NCBI GenBank assembly: GCA_902474645.1
Contig: CABRWN010000001.1
Span: 1-42,136 of the forward strand
Direction of reading: 5' to 3'
DNA from: an uncultured Collinsella sp.
GTDB taxonomy: Bacteria > Actinomycetota > Coriobacteriia > Coriobacteriales > Coriobacteriaceae
DNA length: 42,136 bases
Part shown: positions 38,654-42,136 of the stretch, one piece after another
Layout of the letters: every line of letters starts with the position of its first letter
Position numbering within the stretch: position 1 is the stretch's first letter
The notes under the pieces: model-generated
The model's input: only the letters and a program-made list of their open reading frames with translations
The model's database searches: none
What the model was told of the DNA's origin: nothing
Made by a program: the position numbers and the translations under genes

Positions 38654-39550
38654 GTGACTCACGTGACAACGATGGAGCGTCGTCCGGATTCCCGTGGCAA
38701 GGTTCGTGATATCTACGATGCCGGTGAAAACCTGCTGATGGTCGCCACCGACCGCATTTCTGCGTTCGACTTCATTCTTCCCGACGAGATTCCGTTTAAG
38801 GGAGAGGTGCTCAACCGCATCTCGGCATTCTGGTTCGATAAGTTTGCCGATATCGTTCCCAACCACCTCGTTTCCATCGATCCGGCGGATTTCCCCGAGG
38901 AGTTTGCCGAGTATCGTGACTACCTCGCAGGCCGCGCCATGCTGGTCAAGAAGGCCCAGACGATTCCTATCGAGTGCATCGTCCGCGGCTATCTGACCGG
39001 TTCGGGCAAGAAGACCTATGACGAGAACGGCACCGTCTGCGGCATTCAGCTGCCCGAGGGTCTGACCGAGGCCTCCAAGCTTCCCGAGCCGCTGTTCACG
39101 CCGTCCACGAAGGCCGAGATCGGCGACCACGACGAGAACATTTCGTTCGAGCGTTGCTGCGAGATCGTGGGTGAGGACATCGCCGCGCAGATTCGCGACC
39201 TGTCCCTCAAGATTTACAAGGCTGCTGCCGAGTATGCAGCGACCCGTGGCATCATCATCGCCGACACCAAGTTCGAGTTCGGTGTCATCGATGGCAAGGT
39301 CACGCTGATCGACGAGTGCCTCACGCCCGACTCCAGCCGTTTCTGGCCTGCCGCCAGCTACGAGGAGGGCAAGATTCAGCCCAGCTACGACAAGCAATTC
39401 GTCCGCAATTGGCTCAAGGCCAACTGGGATATGACGGGGGAGACCCCGCACCTGCCCGCCGAGGTCATCGATGGCACGTCCGAGCGCTATCGCGAGGCCT
39501 TCCAGATCATCACGGGCTCCCAGTTCACAAGCATGAAGGAGAACGCATAA
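38654..39550 (+). CDS. purC: SAICAR synthase
   Basis: GKVRDIY, ATDRISAFD, ECIVRGYLTGS, ADTKFEFG, TPDSSRFW, SYDKQFVR. Confidence 0.97.
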   Translation: MTHVTTMERRPDSRGKVRDIYDAGENLLMVATDRISAFDFILPDEIPFKGEVLNRISAFWFDKFADIVPNHLVSIDPADFPEEFAEYRDYLAGRAMLVKKAQTIPIECIVRGYLTGSGKKTYDENGTVCGIQLPEGLTEASKLPEPLFTPSTKAEIGDHDENISFERCCEIVGEDIAAQIRDLSLKIYKAAAEYAATRGIIIADTKFEFGVIDGKVTLIDECLTPDSSRFWPAASYEEGKIQPSYDKQFVRNWLKANWDMTGETPHLPAEVIDGTSERYREAFQIITGSQFTSMKENA

Positions 39551-40126
39551 GTGAGTACCCGTAGCGCCACGAACAAGCGCACGCAATCCCACGAGGTTAC
39601 CGGGGTTGCGCGCAAGTCCGCCGCATCTGCTAAACCCGCCCGCCAGGCAGCGAGCTCCGTTCGCGTCGTGCCGGCTTCGTCTAAAGCTCGCCGCAAAGAG
39701 CTCGAGAAGGGTGAAAACCTGGAAGGCCTTTCCAAGGAGGAGAAGCGCGCCCGCAAGGCCAAACAGCGTGCTCGCGAGGATCGTATCTACACGGTGTCGA
39801 ATATTCTCCTCAAGCAGGACGAGGACTACACCAAGCGCCGTCGTATCTGGTGGGCCGTGCTCGCCATCGGCATGGTACTCGTCGTGGCAATTTGGGCTTC
39901 GCTCTACTTCGCTCCCGGCGGCACGGTGTCCAGTCCCGTCCAGATGGTCGGCATCGTTTTGTCCTATGTCATCATTCTGGGTGATTTTATCTACGACTTC
40001 GTTCGTATTCGTCCCCTGCGCAACATGTACCGCACGCAGGCCGAGGGCATGTCCGAGAACAAGCTCAACGCTCTTATCGAACGCTCGGCTGCCGAGGAGG
40101 ACAAGAAGGACTCCAAGAAGAAGTAG
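39551..40126 (+). CDS. hypothetical membrane protein (basic N-terminus, two TM helices)
   Basis: GTG start immediately after the purC stop; K/R-rich N-terminus; two hydrophobic segments; terminator downstream. Confidence 0.75.
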   Translation: MSTRSATNKRTQSHEVTGVARKSAASAKPARQAASSVRVVPASSKARRKELEKGENLEGLSKEEKRARKAKQRAREDRIYTVSNILLKQDEDYTKRRRIWWAVLAIGMVLVVAIWASLYFAPGGTVSSPVQMVGIVLSYVIILGDFIYDFVRIRPLRNMYRTQAEGMSENKLNALIERSAAEEDKKDSKKK

Positions 40127-40157
40127 CGTTTGTATCCATACATATCGCTAAGATATA

Positions 40158-40188
40158 AGGCGCGTCGTTTTTGCGGCGCGCCTTTTTA
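40158..40188 (+). terminator. intrinsic terminator
   Basis: AAGGCGCGTCG...CGGCGCGCCTT + T-run. Confidence 0.7.
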
Positions 40189-40203
40189 CTGTTCTATAGA
40201 TAG

Positions 40204-41496
40204 ATGGAGTGGCACATGATTCGAGCTGCCCTGACGGTCGAAGAGGCTCTGGAGGGCATGAAGGCCCTGGAGCCCAAGATTAAAAACTACGCGCGCCTGG
40301 TCGTCCGCAAGGGCGTAAACGTCAAGCCCGGCCAGGAGGTCGTCGTTCAGTCTCCGGTCGAGTGCGCGCCGTTTGCGCGCGTGGTGGTCGCGGAGGCCTA
40401 TGCTGCCGGCGCCGGCCACGTGACGGTCATTTGGGCCGATGATGCCGTGACGAGGCTCACGTACGAGCATGTCGAGAAAAGCTATTTTGAGCAGACACCC
40501 GAGTGGAAGCGCATGCAGCTGGATTCCTTGGCCCAGGATGGTGCCTGCTTTGTCTTTATCGAGGGTGCGGATCCTGCGGCCCTCAAGGGCGTCGATCCAG
40601 CCAAGCCGGCCGCGGCATCAAAGGCGAGGAATACGCAGTGCAAAGTTTTCCGCCGTGGACTGGATTACAACATCAATCCGTGGTGCATCGCCGGCGCTCC
40701 GGTCGTGGCTTGGGCGCGCGAGGTGTTCCCGGGAGACGCCGATGAGGTTGCAATCTATAAGCTGTGGAATGCGATTCTGCACACCGCTCGCGCCGATGGC
40801 CAGGACCCAGAGAGTGACTGGGAACTCCATGACGCCGCATTCGAAAAGAACCTGCGTTTCCTGAACGACAATCGTTTCGACTACCTGCATTACACCGCGG
40901 CAAATGGAACCGATCTGACGATTGGTATGACGAAAGGTCACGAGTGGGCCGGCGGCAAGGGCAAGACGCCCGATGGGCACCCTTTCTTCCCCAACATTCC
41001 CACCGAGGAAGTCTTCACTTCGCCCGATCGCATGCGCGCCGACGGTATCGTGTACTCGGCCATGCCGCTCATCCACCACGGCAATAAAGTCGACGATTTT
41101 TGGATTAAGTTTGAGGGAGGCCGCGTGGTGGACTACGACGCCCGTGTGGGCAAGGCGACGCTCGCAAGTATCATCGATACTGACGAGGGCGCTGCTCACC
41201 TGGGAGAGGTCGCGCTCATTTCCAAGAACACGCCGATCCGCGAAAGTGGTGTTCTGTTCTACGATACGCTCTATGACGAGAACGCTAGCTGCCATCTCGC
41301 GCTAGGTGTCGGTTTCCCCGAATGCATCGAGGGTGGGTATGACATGTCCAAGGAGGAGCTCCTGGAGCATGGCGTTAACGTCTCGAGCACGCACGTCGAT
41401 TTTATGATCGGCACGGACGACATCGATATTACGGGCATTACGCCTGATGGACGTGAAGTTGTGATTTTCCAGAACGGCCAATGGAGTTGGGAATAG
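40204..41496 (+). CDS. pepS: M29 family aminopeptidase (AmpS/PepS/AmpT)
   Basis: YARLVVRKGVNVKPGQ, PNIPTEEVFTSP, LGEVAL, LYDENASCHLALG, HVDFMIG; exact start uncertain. Confidence 0.9.
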   Translation: MEWHMIRAALTVEEALEGMKALEPKIKNYARLVVRKGVNVKPGQEVVVQSPVECAPFARVVVAEAYAAGAGHVTVIWADDAVTRLTYEHVEKSYFEQTPEWKRMQLDSLAQDGACFVFIEGADPAALKGVDPAKPAAASKARNTQCKVFRRGLDYNINPWCIAGAPVVAWAREVFPGDADEVAIYKLWNAILHTARADGQDPESDWELHDAAFEKNLRFLNDNRFDYLHYTAANGTDLTIGMTKGHEWAGGKGKTPDGHPFFPNIPTEEVFTSPDRMRADGIVYSAMPLIHHGNKVDDFWIKFEGGRVVDYDARVGKATLASIIDTDEGAAHLGEVALISKNTPIRESGVLFYDTLYDENASCHLALGVGFPECIEGGYDMSKEELLEHGVNVSSTHVDFMIGTDDIDITGITPDGREVVIFQNGQWSWE

Positions 41497-41515
41497 TCCC
41501 AGACCGTGGTACAAT
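41487..41515 (+). promoter_or_regulatory. putative promoter of tRNA-Lys
   Basis: TTGGGA, 17 bp spacer, extended -10 TGGTACAAT, 9 nt before the tRNA. Confidence 0.55.
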
Positions 41516-41524
41516 GCCACCCGC

Positions 41525-41600
41525 GGGCCGTTAGCTCAGCTGGCAGAGCAGGGGACTTTTAATCCCAAGGTCCAGGGTTCGAACCCCTGACGGCCCACCA
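41525..41600 (+). tRNA. tRNA-Lys(TTT)
   Basis: Acceptor GGGCCGT/ACGGCCC, anticodon loop CTTTTAA, GGTTCGAACCC T-loop, encoded CCA. Confidence 0.96.
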
Positions 41601-41605
41601 TAGAA

Positions 41606-41643
41606 AAGAAAGCGATCAACTCCGGTTGGTCGCTTTTTTTGTT
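41606..41643 (+). terminator. intrinsic terminator after tRNA-Lys
   Basis: AAAGCGATCAAC-TCCG-GTTGGTCGCTTT + T-run. Confidence 0.8.
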
Positions 41644-41845
41644 GCCGGTGCGCGGGTTCGAACCCGTCGGGGCGCGGAGCTGAGTAAACGCGTGAGCGTT
41701 TGCCAGTGCAGCGCGCAAGGCGCGAAAGCGCCGCAGCGGCCGCCTGCGAAGCAGGCTGAACCCCTGACGGCCCACCCAAAGATTGTTGAGACGGTCAACT
41801 TCGGTTGGCCGTCTTTTTTGTCGCCCTTTCATGGGTTCGAACCCG
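41644..41845 (+). repeat. tRNA-Lys-linked structured repeat unit plus the start of a second unit
   Basis: GGGTTCGAACCCG at 41654 and 41833; 19-bp tRNA 3'-end direct repeat at 41758-41776; duplicated terminator-like hairpin ~41789-41820. Confidence 0.8.
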
Positions 41846-42136
41846 TATCTATCTATATATAAGAACGCTTGGCGAACAAAACCCGCCTTTTACCGACGGG
41901 AAACAAATAGCCTGATGCTTTTGGAGTAAAGTGGCGCCCCAGAGATGACCGATGCCTTAACACCTATAAACCAGCTGGTCATCGTCAATATCAGAAGCAA
42001 TGCTTCAGTTTTAACCTCAGTGGTGCGACTGAGGGACCTATTCATTTGTGAACAAAATATGGAGTGCCAGATTCCCGCCCGCGGGGCCCCTCCGGTCTGG
42101 CAATATATCTCCTTGCCGCGCGGCCCGGTCGGACCG

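Noticed and set aside
41644..41780. Second tRNA or tRNA pseudogene
   Set aside because: Only T-arm and 3'-end fragments are present; no D-arm, anticodon arm or 5' acceptor strand.
42103..42114. T7-like RBS AAGGAGATATA on the minus strand, suggesting vector contamination
   Set aside because: Followed only by a 21-codon TTG ORF and no other vector sequence; likely chance.

Overview
Most of the window (~3.95-42.1 kb) is the replication-origin region of a high-GC Coriobacteriia genome (Collinsella-like, by protein resemblance). One arm runs gyrA(5' part)-gyrB-dciA-recF-dnaN-oriC-dnaA plus an extra GHKL-ATPase/wHTH gene. The divergent arm runs rpmH-rnpA-yidD-yidC-jag-rsmG-parS-parA-parB. It continues with rlmN, ddl, a frameshifted DnaQ-DinG, a PafB/PafC-like WYL pair, a degenerate M28-peptidase membrane protein, a thioester/LPxTG adhesin, tRNA-Gly, purB, a two-component system, purC, an M29 aminopeptidase and tRNA-Lys. 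The first ~3.95 kb looks alphaproteobacterial (GRSxxE pilin-like gene, MORN protein, deaminase, parC) and is joined in frame to gyrA at the conserved catalytic-Tyr motif, most likely an assembly chimera. The best candidate for an undescribed system is a family of ~130-190 bp structured units tandemly arrayed behind both tRNA genes. Each starts with an antisense copy of its own tRNA's T-arm and ends with a copy of that tRNA's 3' end; complete units share a covarying four-hairpin fold with GCGAAGC ssDNA-type mini-hairpins. Also notable: non-canonical DnaA boxes (TTTTCAACA-type) that match a substituted DnaA recognition helix, and the ATPase-IDR-wHTH gene inside the dnaA operon. All calls are from reading the sequence; no database searches were run.
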